Shown piece by piece: positions 47,592 through 61,300 of a stretch of DNA of 64,000 bases. The notes beneath the pieces were generated by a model that made no database searches, had not been told where the DNA came from, and saw only the letters and a program-made list of their open reading frames with translations. This DNA comes from Raillietiella orientalis. Lineage: Eukaryota. Position 1 is the first letter of the stretch; each line of letters opens with the position of its first letter. The position numbers and the translations under genes were made by a program. The DNA is taken from positions 4,092,001 to 4,156,000 of the forward strand of contig JAYWIR010000001.1 in the NCBI GenBank assembly GCA_036172245.1. Direction: 5' to 3'.

Positions 47592-48900
47592 CATCCGGAC
47601 ACACCCCGAAGAGTTTATTCAAAATACGAACAAACATGCTGGGAACCCCAATAAAACAGCAGCAGCACGTCCGAAGGGTGGGTTCTCTGACAAAGAGGTC
47701 GGACACTCCAGAAGTTCCGAACAGGAAGGCGGGGTAGTACACAAGAATAAGGAAAGAGGAATACAGGGCAGGAATCTTTGCCTTTTCCCGTTCCTTCTCA
47801 GACATCGGGAAAAGTCCGGAACAGGAAGAGCAGACTGCAACTCAGTCAATAAAAGGGGGAAGAATGAGGACGGGGGTTACCGGTTCCGGCCCTTCCTCCC
47901 TCCTGCAACCGACGCTGGATGCTGCCTTTCTCCGACTCCACTTCCTCTTCTAGGTGAGGCCACCTAGCGACGGTCTTCGTGTAGGCGGCTGCCATACGGA
48001 TGGTCTGCCTTCGCTGCCCTCCATCCTCCAGGACGTGGCCGGCCGCGGCCGAGGCGCGTGCTCAGCACCCCGCCGCGATCGTTGAGCCTGCCGAGAGTTG
48101 CCGCGGTAGGTCACGGACGGTGTTGCCCTGGTAAAGGAGCGCCGAACCCGGGCTCTTCCAGCGTTCGTGGAGGGCGATGCAGTCGAAAGCGCAGGATCGC
48201 TTTCACCGATTCGCCCCGGGAACAGCACGGGGCTGCAACTCCCACCCCACGGAAAGGGGGTGTGGAAGCTGATCGCTGTGCAATCCCCAGTGCAGAAACA
48301 GCAGCGCATCCACCTCCCAGTTTAAGCGGAACAAGGGAGCGAAAAAATGCACGAGGGGAGGGCCATGACTTCGCCAGGGAGGCGCACTCGACAGTGAAAT
48401 GGTCCGTCTGCTCGTGAACGGGGAGGATTCCACCAGCTCGCTCCTTGTCCAGCCGTCTGGGGGTTTGGTCTCTCCTGCAGCGGAGCAGAAGGCCTCCCAC
48501 CTTGCCTGTAGGCAACTGTCATCTGCCTCTCTGAGGGCGGACATCTCTACGGCAGGAGGTGTGGCGGACGGGGTGCTGAACCTCTGCCAAAAGATGGTTG
48601 GGGACGAAGTTCCACTGGGCGCGCTCCTTGGAACGTAACCCGCAGGGGACATGACCGCCTCCTACCGCCAAACAATCAGATCCAAAGGACGCCAGAGATG
48701 CACGGATGGACTGCCAGGAGGGAGGCAAGTTGCCTCGAAGGAAAAATCAAATCCCCACACCCCATAATGGGAGCAGCGAGGGCGACCAGCCCGAGATCGG
48801 TGAGCTCATCTTTCTTTTCCCTCTGCAGACTTGCGGGAATGGTGCTTGGTACCGTGGAGCCGGTGCATCGTATTCCCCTTTGATTTCCTGGTTCTTCCTG
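47592..48900 (-). mobile_element. LINE copy G (3' fragment, A-like subfamily)
   Basis: 'SALREADDSCLQARWE' and 'FRLNWEVDALLFLHWG' match copy A 'SALRARKDSCLPVRWE' and 'FPLSWKQDVLLLVHWG'. Ends in AATAAA-CTCTTCGGGGTGTGTCCGGATG-ATAAA (47619-47587). Confidence 0.85.
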
Positions 48901-50524
48901 ACCACCTCCTACGCCTCGCTGGTTTCGTCCGCAGAGAGTATGGTTGCTTTTCTTCCAGGCCGGCGGATGCCGATTCCTCCCTAACTGATGAACTGCTTCT
49001 TCCGAGCAAACGTCTGGAAATCCAGGATGAGAAGGTTCCTCTCTCCCGGGATGCGGCGGAAAACTCGACTTGAGGAGCTACTCGACTCACTCGAAAGTTT
49101 CCACGGTCGTTGCACGAGTTTTGCAGCGCCCCATCACTCAGAAATAGCATGTTAAGGTCTCTCGCGTCTGCCTTTTTTCGGTTTTATCTCCGCGCGTATT
49201 CGTCCACACTCTCTGCTGGCGTCGGGCAATGCTGAGCTTCTCAGAGGATTCCATAGAAGAGCTAGAGGAGTCCGCACCCTCGTTTCCTTCTGTTCCGGTA
49301 AGGGAGGGTTTCTTCTGCTTCTTGTTGATTTTCCGGATCCACCTTCACTTCCTGCATCACTGCTACTTTACGGAGAGGCTTGGCTGGCGAGTTGTCGGAG
49401 GGATCTGCATCAAGAGGCAGAGGATTCCGACGAGGTGCTACCGCCGCTGCGGCGCTGGTCATCTTGCGGCAAGATAGGCGGAAGACGTTTCTGGCTCATC
49501 TCCGCTGGCTGTTGCTTCCCATGCATCCTGTCCACGGCCTGTCGGTCGATTCCTGCTCTCGTTTCAGGGAAGGGCACCGCCTTTCCTGCCCGGTCCATGT
49601 GTTTATGAACCGGGCAGGGCGGGGATCTTTGGCTACAAACCCTCGCGCGCTCACCTCCGCCGCGATGCGAAAGGGAAATCCTAGGGTTGCGGGTTATTCC
49701 GTCCCGGTTCTCCCAAGCGTCTCTTTCCCGCTCGAGATCTGCTCCCTGGGCACGTGGGCCACCCGAGTCCGGATTTATACTCTGGAATTCGGCACCGGAA
49801 GGAAAGCTCCGTTCCGGTTGAGGAATCTTTCGGCGACCGTTTTTCGCCCTCTGCGATGGTTGCCAAGGAGCAGGAGAGTGCACGCTCCGGCTGATCTGGC
49901 TCCTGGCTTCCCTGGTCCGCCGGAGAGGATTTCCTCCTCGAGGGGCGTCCGAGGTCTGCTATCGTCGCGCAGACCTGCCTCGACTTCTTGACGGTGGGAG
50001 AGCGGTCGGCGGTTCCGGATTCTTCGCGGCGAGAAGTTTTTCCCCCTGCCAGGTACCCATGACAGCGGAGGGGCTGCCTCGCTATCGATCTGCTTCTGTT
50101 CCGGGGGAGCAGCAGGAAGGGTTCCTCGGAAAAGTCTGGAGGCAGCGCGGGAGCGAAACGCGATCGAAGAGCATCTGGGCAGCTGCGATCGGACCAGCCA
50201 GCAGATGTGAACTGGGAAAGAGCATGGCGTCCCGGCCTCGGTGGACCACCGCACCAATGGCAGAGGCGGCGTTTTCCCGTTCCCACCGACGCGTTTTGGT
50301 TTTTGCCTCATGCTTCCAGGAGACCCGACAGAGAAGTGACAGATGAGAGGATGCAACTGCAGAGGAGACGAAACGCTTGCGGGAACGACAAAGGATCGTT
50401 AAGCGAGCGAACGGGGGAAGCTCGACGAATCCGTCATCGGAAATGGATAGAGAAGCGTATCTTGGAACGATCAGCCACGAGGAAGAATCTTCGCGCGCGA
50501 CAAGAGCAAGAAGGAGCCAGTCAA

Positions 50525-52300
50525 TACCCGAGTGCGTCGGGACGTTTATTTAAATAAAAATGAACATTTTAGTTGAGAAAGAATTTAGTTGGACCAGTGC
50601 TTCAACTACTATGGTCTTCCCGAGAGCCTGCCGGGTTGCCGCTTGGCAGACCGGTGAGGTCCGCTATAGTAGCAGAGGGGAGGGGGGCAAACAAAAAGGA
50701 AAAGGAACAAAAATAAAAATAAATGAATAAATTGATGGGTGGGTGGGAAGAGATCACGTTTTGCTGGGAATCGTTCTCATGTGTCTCTCTCGTCGGCATC
50801 CTTTGAAGAATACCGACAAGCTCTTGCTGCAATACAGTTTTCAGGTGGGGCCATCTCGTTGCCACCCTCGTGAATCGGACAACGAAATGAATGTGGCACC
50901 ACTGTCGCTGTGCCCTCTTGCGTGGCTCCAGGAAGCTACAATCCCGCGTAGATAGCAGAGAGCTGCTCGCGATGCTGCGGGCCAAAGGGGGTCGCGAGCG
51001 AAGAGGGGTTTCAAAGAGTCCCTGGAGTTGCCGCCCGATGTTCCTAGAGTCGCAGAGAAGCGTTCTCCAAAGGAGCAGGAGGGCGACTCAGTCCACAAGC
51101 AGGTCTGGTTAGGATTCCCGCATCTGGCTCAGTTCGATTCCACTCCCACCCCCTTTCTGTGTCCAGTGATTCCGGCGGGCATTGCATAGGAGGCCCCAGT
51201 GCGGCAGCATCAGTGTCCACTCTTGCAAATTTAAGGGAGGAGAGTGCGTCTGTCCAGAATCACTGGGGACCTATGCAGACCTTCCTCCAGAATGCCCAGT
51301 AGCTCACCTCCGAGCAAAAGTCCTGGTGGTGAGGCACTCTGGGTCGCAGCGCTCATTAGCTGGCCCGTCATCCACTCACCCAGGCCTCTTCTCCAGGCGG
51401 AGATTTTGGCACTTACCTCCTATATGGCTTCCCATATGGTTGTTGCCCGTATGTTCCCTCAGTGAGGGCACCGCTGCGGCAAGGGAGGTTCATCTTGCGC
51501 ACGCAGTCTTCAAGAGGTGTTCCAGAATCTTCCGGAGCGAGCAGTTGATGTAAGAACAGTTCAGCAAACTCTGTGCTTGTTCCGTGCATCGCTCGTTGTG
51601 CTGCGCCTACGTGGGAACGGTTTTTTGCAACCAGGAACTACCGTTCGCAGAGTGGCACGGGATGCATCTGTTCTTAGTCAGAGTAGCAATCTGACGAAGT
51701 GCAGTCCGCAATGGATGAGACTGCATGGATGGCGAGCAAGGAAGGGCGCGAGTCCTGCGTTGCCGGTGAAACTTACTGGACGAGGAGGCGTGCAGGTTCT
51801 CACTACGTGGTTCTCCAAATCTTTGCCTCAAGGGCAAGATCCGAAACTGGAGCTGGAGCTCTATTCGCTCCATCGTTAAGAGGCCGAGTTCGCTGTTCCG
51901 ACGCGGACGTGGATGCCGGGAGAGAGGGTGCCAGATCAGCTCGTGGACCAGTTTCCGGTGCTCGCCACGACCTCAGAGACCGTCGAGAGCGCTCCACCTG
52001 TCTTCTTGCGTGAGAAGAAGGAATGCGGCAATAAGTGTTTAAAGGAGCGAAGAGAAAATTAGGGAACTCCTCCTCCAAGAGATCTGCTCACTCACCGAAA
52101 ATCCTCAGATGACCGGAACGAAGAAAAAAGCCGTTTCGTGTGGGGTGGAAAGCATGTCGTTCGAGGGTGGCGCTCCGAAAATTTCAGAAGGGCAGTTCGT
52201 ATAGGGCGGTTGCAGTTTCCGGACCGTTTTCCTAGTGTTTCTTCGTATGGCTCAGGTTAAACGCGATGCTGCGCCGTGAAGGAGACGCTCTTGCACGGAT
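50525..52300 (-). mobile_element. LINE copy D (3' fragment, close relative of copy C)
   Basis: Long collinear match to 6770-7340(+), and 'LTMERIELQLQFR..AKIW' matches copy A. Ends in AATAAA-CGTCCCGACGCACTCGGGTA (50550-50525). Confidence 0.88.
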
Positions 52301-55300
52301 GCGCGCGAGGGTGAACCCTCAAGTGCGTGCACCCACGAGAACCTACCACGAGAAAACCAACCGAGGGGGCTGAGGGACCCCGGAGTTGAACCAGTCCAGA
52401 TAAAACTGCTCGCTGGTTTGATTCATTAGCGGAAGAAACGGAAGGATTGTTTCAGGAGGGTAGGAAAACGCCTCAGCATCTTGCCTCACAGATGTACTGA
52501 ACATTTGTTCCATCTAAGACAGTTCTGGTTTTCGTAAACGCAAGGTTGATCCAATCGGTGCTGCCTTATCCGTGAAACTGCTGCCCACCATTGCGGTGGA
52601 TAGGTTGGATTTTGCATTCCGATATTGCGGTCTCGCTCTTCCTACTGAAAGTTGCACAAATTGACTTTTCTCTTGACTGCGCTTTGAAATCCTTCCTGCA
52701 ATGCTCTTTTGGGAAATCACGAGATGCATGCGCTCCGTTTTTTCGCGCATAATTTTGCGTTTCGTCCCTCCCCTCCCCTTCTTGTTTTCACTTTTATTTC
52801 TTTGCTTTCGAGTTCAAACTCGAAGGGGAAGCAACTACTCCCGTTACGGGTCGGCCGCACCAATGGAATTGAATTAACGCACAGAGGACTTGAACCACAC
52901 CACGGTCTTCCTCACTGAGGAAGTCTAGGAAGTCTACCCTGACTTCCACGCGATCGGATCTTCCCCGGCGTTCCTCCACTTGGCCATTTCCTTTTTGAAC
53001 TTCTTGTTTCGCAGTGCGAAGAATTCGCTTCTTCGACTAAATATCGTGGTCGACTTCCGGTTCCTTGTGGATCCTGGTTTCTCAGGAGCGTCTATTGCAA
53101 CTCGTAGCAATACAACGGTGAGAGAAAGAAAAAGGGGCTGTTAAGGACGCAGAGTCCTGCCAGGGTTCGAGGACTTCCGAATGGGCAGACGAGAAGCCAG
53201 CTCACTTGCCAGCGGGAACCGCCTGGAGGCAGGAGGCGAAGGAATGGCAAATAAGCAAAGCCAAAACCAGTGCGCAACTCTTCGCGCGAAGAGACCATCG
53301 GCACTTCCCCGGAGTCCTCCGCATCCTTTGCGGGATGCTAGCTCTCGTTCCACGGGGTTGGACCATCTCGCCGCCCTCCTCAAGAAGGAAGGTGATGGAG
53401 AGACGAAGGTTGTGCTCTTGCGGGTGCCTTTCTCTCCGCGGCCATGCAGAAGAGGCAGTAGCGAGTTCTGGATCGCCACGCGCACTGCGCAAAGAGACGC
53501 TTCGACGCGTCTCTGGGTTCGTGCGGCGGGAGTGGCTGCAAGTCTCTTCCGCGAGCATCCGGGATGAGAAGGAAGAACCAAACGATCCACCAGAGTGGCG
53601 GGAAGGGGCGACCCCTTCGCAGTGGGTGCAGCTGGGGAGGCCGGCCTCGTGCCAGCAGCGTGATGCAGTGGGCGCAGCAGGCGCGCGCTGCGTGGGAAGG
53701 ACAGCGTCGTCCCGGAAGAGGCATGTCAGTATTAGGGATGGCCGACAGACCAGCAGAAGGAGGAGAAGGACCACACGCTCGGAGTCCTCAGTGATGAGGA
53801 ATACGGAAGGTTGGCCTTCGGAGTGTGCCGGGGTGGAGAAGGACGTCGCCCGCATCGCACGGAGGTCGCAGAAGACGCAACGGGTATGACCGGTGACCCT
53901 GGTCCTTCGATGTACTCATTTGCCGTCCTCTTCCTGCTTTTCAGTGTAGCCGGCACGCGCGTCGCTGGGTGTCTGCTTTCTGTTTTTCCCCTCCTCCCAT
54001 TGGGAGTTTCACGGACCAGTGGATTTACTGATGCGGGTGAGCTGCGTGTTTGTGTTTGGGAAAGAAACGTCCCGCCGGAGTGGTTTACTGGCGCAGGCGA
54101 GAGCTGCAAGGAGGAGCCGAATGTAGCAGCAGTATCGTGGAATGCTATCGCTTCAGGAGAGTTGTGCAGCTGTTTCTGAGGTATTGCAAAGGAAATTCCA
54201 GGAAAATCCACTAAGAGGAGTAATCTTTTGGTATGGTCATAGGTCACAGGCAAGTCGCCGCCTGGTGAAACCACCAAGGAGTTTTTTTCTGTTTTTTCAA
54301 AGCAAAGAAGCGTTTGTTCTTTTCTTCTTTTCTCTTCGCCAATGCATTTTTGAGTTCCGGAGGGCTGAAAAGAGATGTAGCGGGCGCAGGGCTCCAGCTC
54401 GTGGCGCCTGAGCGCAACGCGTTTCCTCTAGTAGTTTTTTTTTTTTTCTCCAGAGGCAGCTCTTTCTTTGAGGTAAGGAGGGATATTCCTGGTCGCCTCC
54501 GGGAAAGGATGAAGGAGCGGACCCTAGAGATGTTCCTCTTGGAGCCAGCGAGCGTTGGCTCGGCGCGCGAATCGTGAGAGGGAGAGTCGGGCGATGCTGC
54601 CTGCTCGTGGATTTCTCGACATCGACAGGGAAACTTGCTCCTATGATTTTGCTGGTTTCGTTCCCAGTAGGTTTCTCTCTCCCCCTCTGCTGTGGGCCGG
54701 GAACCTGCCAAGGTCCTCCGACGGGAAATGCACCTTGTGCCGGTGGCCTTCTTGTTGCCAGCCGCGTTCTCTTCTGCAGCGCTGTGTTGGCCTAGGCTGG
54801 TCGTTATGTGATCTCCAGCCACTGCTTGGTAGACGTCCCGCTCCAGAAGCTTCCTCGCAGCTCAAGAAAGGGAGGATAGAACGTCATAAGCTCGTGAGTT
54901 GAGTGGCAAGTCTATCAGGATGTTTGAGGCCAGCTCTTGCTGGCCTCGCCCGTCGTCGTTGGCTTCATAGACTCGCTTAGCTGAAGACTCCCCGTTTATG
55001 TTTCAGGCGATTTATGTCACCATCGGCTACTTGTTCGCATTCTCGATTTGTGTCTCGAGGGGCCATTGCCATACTACACACATTGCTACACATCTACTAC
55101 ACATCACCAGCTGACGACTTACCATAGTGAGATCCTTCGATTTCGAAATTTGTATATGCTGTAATGTGTAAACTGTCTCTGTTTTGGTATCGAGAATCTG
55201 TAGGTGTCTGCAAACGAAATACTTTGGAGGACGGAGCCAACTGTGCCGAGAATTCGACGAGAATGACCTTTTGTGCGACGAGAGTATTTCCGTCCTTGGG

Positions 55301-58300
55301 CCATCCTGAGCCCCGAGGGTGTTTCGAACCATCCCTCTCGAAGCTCCCTTTTCTGTTCGTGCAAGTGGCCTTATTTGTGCCAGAGGCGCTTCAGCAAGGT
55401 GGCTCCAGGAGATCCAACCCCGACCTCTTGCTGCAACGAGGGACGGAGCCCCCCTTCGCCGTTCGGAAGGAGTTTCCAGCTAGGAGATGAAAGAAGTTTT
55501 CCGAACCGACAATCCATCCCCGTTTAGCAGAACAAGAATCATCACCGTGGCCTCCATAATGGGTTCCTATCAGAAAAAATCCTGGATGCCAATCTGGAGA
55601 GAGGAAACCCATTAAGAACGAGATGCAAGCTCCGGTTAAGGAAATCCACGCTGATCGATGCGGGATTTTCGCAGTCGGGAAGCCCGCGAAGACATGATCT
55701 CGAAGGAGGAACATTCACAATGTTACGCAGCCTCTCAAGAGCTTTGAGACCTACTCCGGTGATACTGAGCACGGAGCAGGGCTTTTCCTCCTTGTTTCCA
55801 GCAGCTGCAGGGTCGACTTTCGGATCAGCCTTGATGCGACGTTGAAGCAAGAGGTTGCCACCACTTGAAACAAGCACCGATGATGCTGCCTAGCATAAAG
55901 ATGCTCCTCATCCTTAGGAAGGTTCAGTAAACGGGACATGCTGTCTCTGTGATTGAACGACTTTGTTGATGCAACCCCAGAAACACAAATCTTCTGAGAA
56001 AAGTGCGCAAAATAAAACAAAATAAAACAGAATAAAATGATCTTCCGTATGTCATTACAGACAGTGACGATACATACGTTCTAGAACATTAGCAATCTCT
56101 GGAATGGAAATAAATAAATTGAAACCAAATATAAAGGAACATATGCTTACCAGTGGTCAGTATCGGATTTTCCCATTTCGTGGTTTTCAATTCCCCAAAG
56201 CCGATGACCTGCTGCTTGATAGCCACTGGAGAAATACTTGAATTTAAGTGAACTTTTTTTTTTCCATTAATCTTTTTTAGTAGTGAGTGCTACTGTGGAA
56301 AACAAACATCATGGAGAATTCTTCTTACTTCAATCGTATTTGGGAGCAGCAGTCCATTCTTTGGTTTAAAAATTGGAAACTGGATTCCACGAGATCTCTC
56401 CCGTGGCACCATGGAGTGCCATCAAATCATCATGGCAGTGCGAGTGTCTCCAACGTCATCAGTGGGTGTGCTTTCCAAATTCATAATCCATGCGAGCCTT
56501 TCATGCTCTTAGTGAAAAAAGGCAGAGGCATTCACGCCTTGATGGACTTTTTCAAGAGACCCTGGTCATTTTTGCTTTCGTTTCCTTTCACTTCGAAGCT
56601 CTTCGCAACCTCCGATCCTTGCTTTTCAGAGCCGAATTGCCTGAAAAAATATGGAAGCAGGAGGTGCTCTTGTGCCACGACTCGAGCATCACAACCTTAT
56701 TTGAGAGAAAAATCGATCTGGAAGGCACTTTCCACCGGATTCCTCCTCCTCTCTGCATAGCACTTGGTCCCTTTTCTTTAATTCCTTTTCTTTTCATGTT
56801 CTTGTAGGATCGCACGCTGCAGAAGTTCCTTGCAGGGACGAATCGCAAAGTCGAACATGCTGTTCAGCCTTTTCTGCTCTGCTCACCAAATGTTTCGCGA
56901 GAAAAGTCTTCGAGATAGTGATTTCGAACATTCGAATTGCGACCAAACTGCTTTGTTCTCGAAGTCGCGTGCTTTAGAATCTTCGCGAAGTCATTGGAAC
57001 GTGAAATGGCCGTGTTTGCTTTTTATTCCTGACCTATGCTGATTGTCTTCTCATGCTTCCAGAGAGTGTGCGCGTAAAGTGATAAGAAGAATCAACTTCC
57101 GGAAAATGGTGCCACCGATGTCGGATAAGCGAGTTTTCTCTTTCCCCTGCTTGTCTCTCAGAGAACTCGAGTCAATTGGTCTGTAAGCAGCCATAGTGTT
57201 TCACGTCTTCATGCTCTGGCGTCTCCGCGCAGCCCGTCTCCGTGGCTGCTGTGCGAGTAGGACACGCAACCTGAGAGGTATTATGATGAAATGCAGGACA
57301 AGCAGCACTTCCGTACGAATTGACGCACAACGTTGAAGTTTCTTCTTGCAGGGAGTTTTGCTCCGGAGGAACCAACTTTTCCCCGCGAGCATATCTGCGG
57401 GGAAAGACCTTTCGAGTTCGTTTCTAAAGATGGAAACAAGAGATCAGTGTTTTGACGTCTTGAACTCTCCTTTACAAATGCTGAAAGCATTTGATTGTAG
57501 CAGGAGCGAAATGATTTTAATAAGGAGAGGTCTTCTGAGAAAACCAACGTACTAGATGGGTTTCACCGAGATCGCCAAAGAGAAAGATTGAAATTTACAA
57601 TGAAGAAATGACTGAAAAGAGAGCTCTCGTTATTGTACAAAGAGAAGAAATCCAGAATAGTGTCTACCATTTCTTTTCTAATGTGTTAATTCTCCTTAAC
57701 CTGATGACCAGAACAGTCGAATGTTGTGATGAACAGAATCGTCTTGACGGCTGAGCGAAAACCCCAGCAGTCAGCCATCACGAGGGCTTATCCTACACAG
57801 GATGTACGTGCAAGAGTGCTCCAGAAGCTGGCCCTGCTGACAATGTTCTGCGGCAGTATTCGAATCCGATTCTTTTTTTTGTTGTTGCAATCTCCATGGT
57901 GACTCCGCGATCTCATCCATTGTATCCTCATCGTAAATAGATTTGAATATCCAAAAAATGCCACGATCATGTGTACTTCAAGGCATAAATCATGCAGTGA
58001 AATCATTTGTTAGGAGTGCCATTGCCAAAAACACATGAAAACATTCAGTGTGCTCATCGTGTCTTTGCATGTGAACCGGAAGAACTTGTTTTTCAATTAA
58101 GTTTGCTGATGAAGTTTCTTTGAACCTTTTCTCAGGATTCACCAGGATATAGTTAGATTGGAATTCGATTTGGCTGCATACCTGGAATCGTTTTGCAATG
58201 ATCCAAGATATGAAACCACATCTATCTGGATTCGATCTTGATAAAGCTAACCATAAAGTGCTGAAGAATCCAACAGCATCATTCGACGTTGTCGGACTCA

Positions 58301-61300
58301 AGCTGCAACATGGTCACTTCTCTACTATTTGAGCCCTTCCCATTCTTTTTGCCATTGGTCTGGCATATGGCCAAAAGTCATAAATGTTTTCCTGACAACA
58401 TGGGAATCGAAATAAATGGTGAGAGTGAAAGTAAGCCGTATTTATGTAGATGAGCACTCCAACAGATTCAGCTTCCAACGCCTTTCATGGAACGAGTTCA
58501 TGCTCATTTTTTTCGAGACAGCGAATGCACCAAAAAAAAAAAAAAATCCGAACTTGCATCGTGACCTTGCAGCAACTTTTGCATTTCGTGGTTGGGCCTA
58601 CACAAACTCAGGCTCAGTTAACAAACCACACTCATTTCAAATTGTGGAACTTACTATTAGGTTCCAAACTGATACAGTTTCCACAGCACGCATGTGGCCC
58701 CCAGCAAACCGTAAAATCTGCTACCATTTATTTTCGCAGCATTCTAAGAAGGCAAACAAACGTCTGCTCTTCCGTTAGGTTTTTTTAGCCAGCAGCCTGT
58801 CTCAACAGAATAGCTGGAATGTGAAAAGTGTCAGTTGAACTCCCGAACTTTCCGTGTGGTGCTCTGAAAGTGGTTCAGCGATTGGAATGAAATCTCCTTC
58901 AATGAAAAGTGATTCCTCATGTTTCCAGAATTACGCCTGCGGGATAGGTCAGAAGATTTCAATGGGAAAAACCGAGCATTGGCTACGTAACTCACGGGAG
59001 ATGTTCGGAAGACATGGTCAGCATAACTGGCCATGTCTTCCGAACATCATGGTGAGGGTTGTTACAGGGTTGAGGATGAATATCTTGATTCAAATGTGTA
59101 CCCAGAGATGCCAGAGAATCCCCAAATGCGTGCCAAGATTCTCTAGCATTTGATCGGAAATTTTTTCTTGAAGATATCTCTGAAGTCAGCGGGCAAGGGA
59201 GAGCGATGACCCCCCCTCGTCATCCCCCTCCAATGCAGAACATCAGAATTTTCATAAACAGATTTCCAAGTCTAGGAATGCAGATAAATTAATTATGCAT
59301 TGCAGATTTAAGACGTTGAGGAGAATTGCTTTAACTATGTCCAAATTTTTTCAGTTTATTGAGGGATCCCCCAAAGTGAGCTTCATGATTACCAGGGAAC
59401 AGTCATCCAGCCTGCAGCCAACTCTTAATATTTAAGAAGGGTTTTTGATCAGATGGGAGTGAAAGTGAAATTTGAAATGAATTCTCAACAGGAAGGTGAG
59501 AACGAGTACCAGATGTTAAGAGGAAAACACGACTCCAACCGCTTCCAGGTGGTTTGAGAGGCATAAAAATTCAGAAGGGAGGCTGCATAGAAACGGCCAA
59601 CGCCGTGTTTTTTCGAACGCTGCACTGCATTGCCTTTGCAAGCCACTGCTTCCGGAAATTCGCGTCTCTTGAAGAATTCCAATTCCACGGAAGACTTCGC
59701 GCATGGATCCTCCGGCATCGATCCCGCAGCAGCACACCCGATAAAATGATCCCATTAAGTGAACAGTTTAGCAGTTTTATGCCTTGGTCACACCGCGCGA
59801 TTCGCACGGGGCGCTCAAAAAATCGTTTGAGCTGCCTCACTGGATATAAACAAAACGGGAAGTTTTTGCTAGAAAGTTCAGAATGATGAAGGCGAGAGAT
59901 GTCGGGGAGCATCATTCCGAAATCAAACACCACATGAGCAGGGAGCGCATCGCGGGGCCAAAGAGAAAGAAGGAAGAATCGCTCCATCATGACTGAAGAA
60001 ATATCAACTGGCTTCAGACGAATTTTCCAGAATTTCTAGTAAACTCCGGTGTATTCGAAGGGAGGAAGAGGGAATAAACGAAAATGTTGTGTCGATAGGA
60101 GAAGCGCGTTCTTGAAAACCTCGCAAACAACGAAGGAACGGAGTACGGAAGCGAGATCAAAAGACATCTGAAAAGCGAATGCGGAATTCCATCCGTGGTT
60201 CTTGGCAACAGCGTGCGCGCCAATCTCACAAAGTGTTAATAATATAGTTAACGAATCTTTTCAGGGTCTCTGGTGCAGAAGCAACAAAGATAAATGCATC
60301 TCAAGTGAGGAAGGAAGGTCAGATTCCATTTATTTTAAGAAGGACTGTCAGTGGCATTAGAGGTCAAGCACTTTTGGAGCATTTACTAATCCATCATCGG
60401 AGATAATCAGCGTACGAGCTAATAACAACCCAATTAAGCTAAAGGAGCAGTTTCTCGAAAAGCAGTGAGTTAAATTTGCACAGCATTGCTGCGGATGCAT
60501 TTTGGTAGAGTGGAACTTCTGAAGGAGAAAGATGAAAGGAAGTTTTGAATGAGGTGTTCTGTGTTTCCGGGGGGATTAAAGGGAATCGTTGGTTTCTTTC
60601 TTGAGAGAACATTCATCAGAGTATGTTTGTGAAGGTCTGGAGTTCACCACTTTCGTGGGGACAAAGCATTCAGGAACACCGCCATGACGTAAGGTGATTG
60701 CGCAGTTCAGGCTCTTGCCCCACCACAAAGCTCCGATTCCAGAAGCACCTGGCAGCTCTGCGCAGGCAACATCTCGCACTGCTCGCAGATGGCGGATAAG
60801 AGGAGGAGAGATTCTTCAGCTGTGAGGGTGGATCAAAACTGGGCGGGCACCCTACGAGCTCTTCCAAAAGTTTCAAATGAAGGTGCATCTGGTGGTGATT
60901 CGGATCAATCGAGACCTATGGGCAGGTCGCTCAGGAGGAGAAGCCTTGTCCTCAGTTGCAGGAATCTTGAATTCATCCTGAGACTTCATAATTTCTCTAA
61001 CACCAAGAACGGGGCAGAAAACAATTGCTGGCAACTGCAGCTACAAAGAAGACCGTGCACATCAAGTTCCAATGGGTTTGCAAGAACGCGTTCTATTTTC
61101 ACTTCCAATCCCTCATTCTAATGGATTCTTTCCTCTTTTCAGCTGGCTTCACCAGAACAGGGGCGGATGCTGCACCCAAAGGCGCAAAATTCTAATAAAT
61201 GTGCAATGGCAGTCCCAGTAACGGTCTAATAGCGGCAAAAAGAGCACATGTGATGCAAATGGTCATGGTAATCTATGATGCACACATCTAGAGCAAACAG

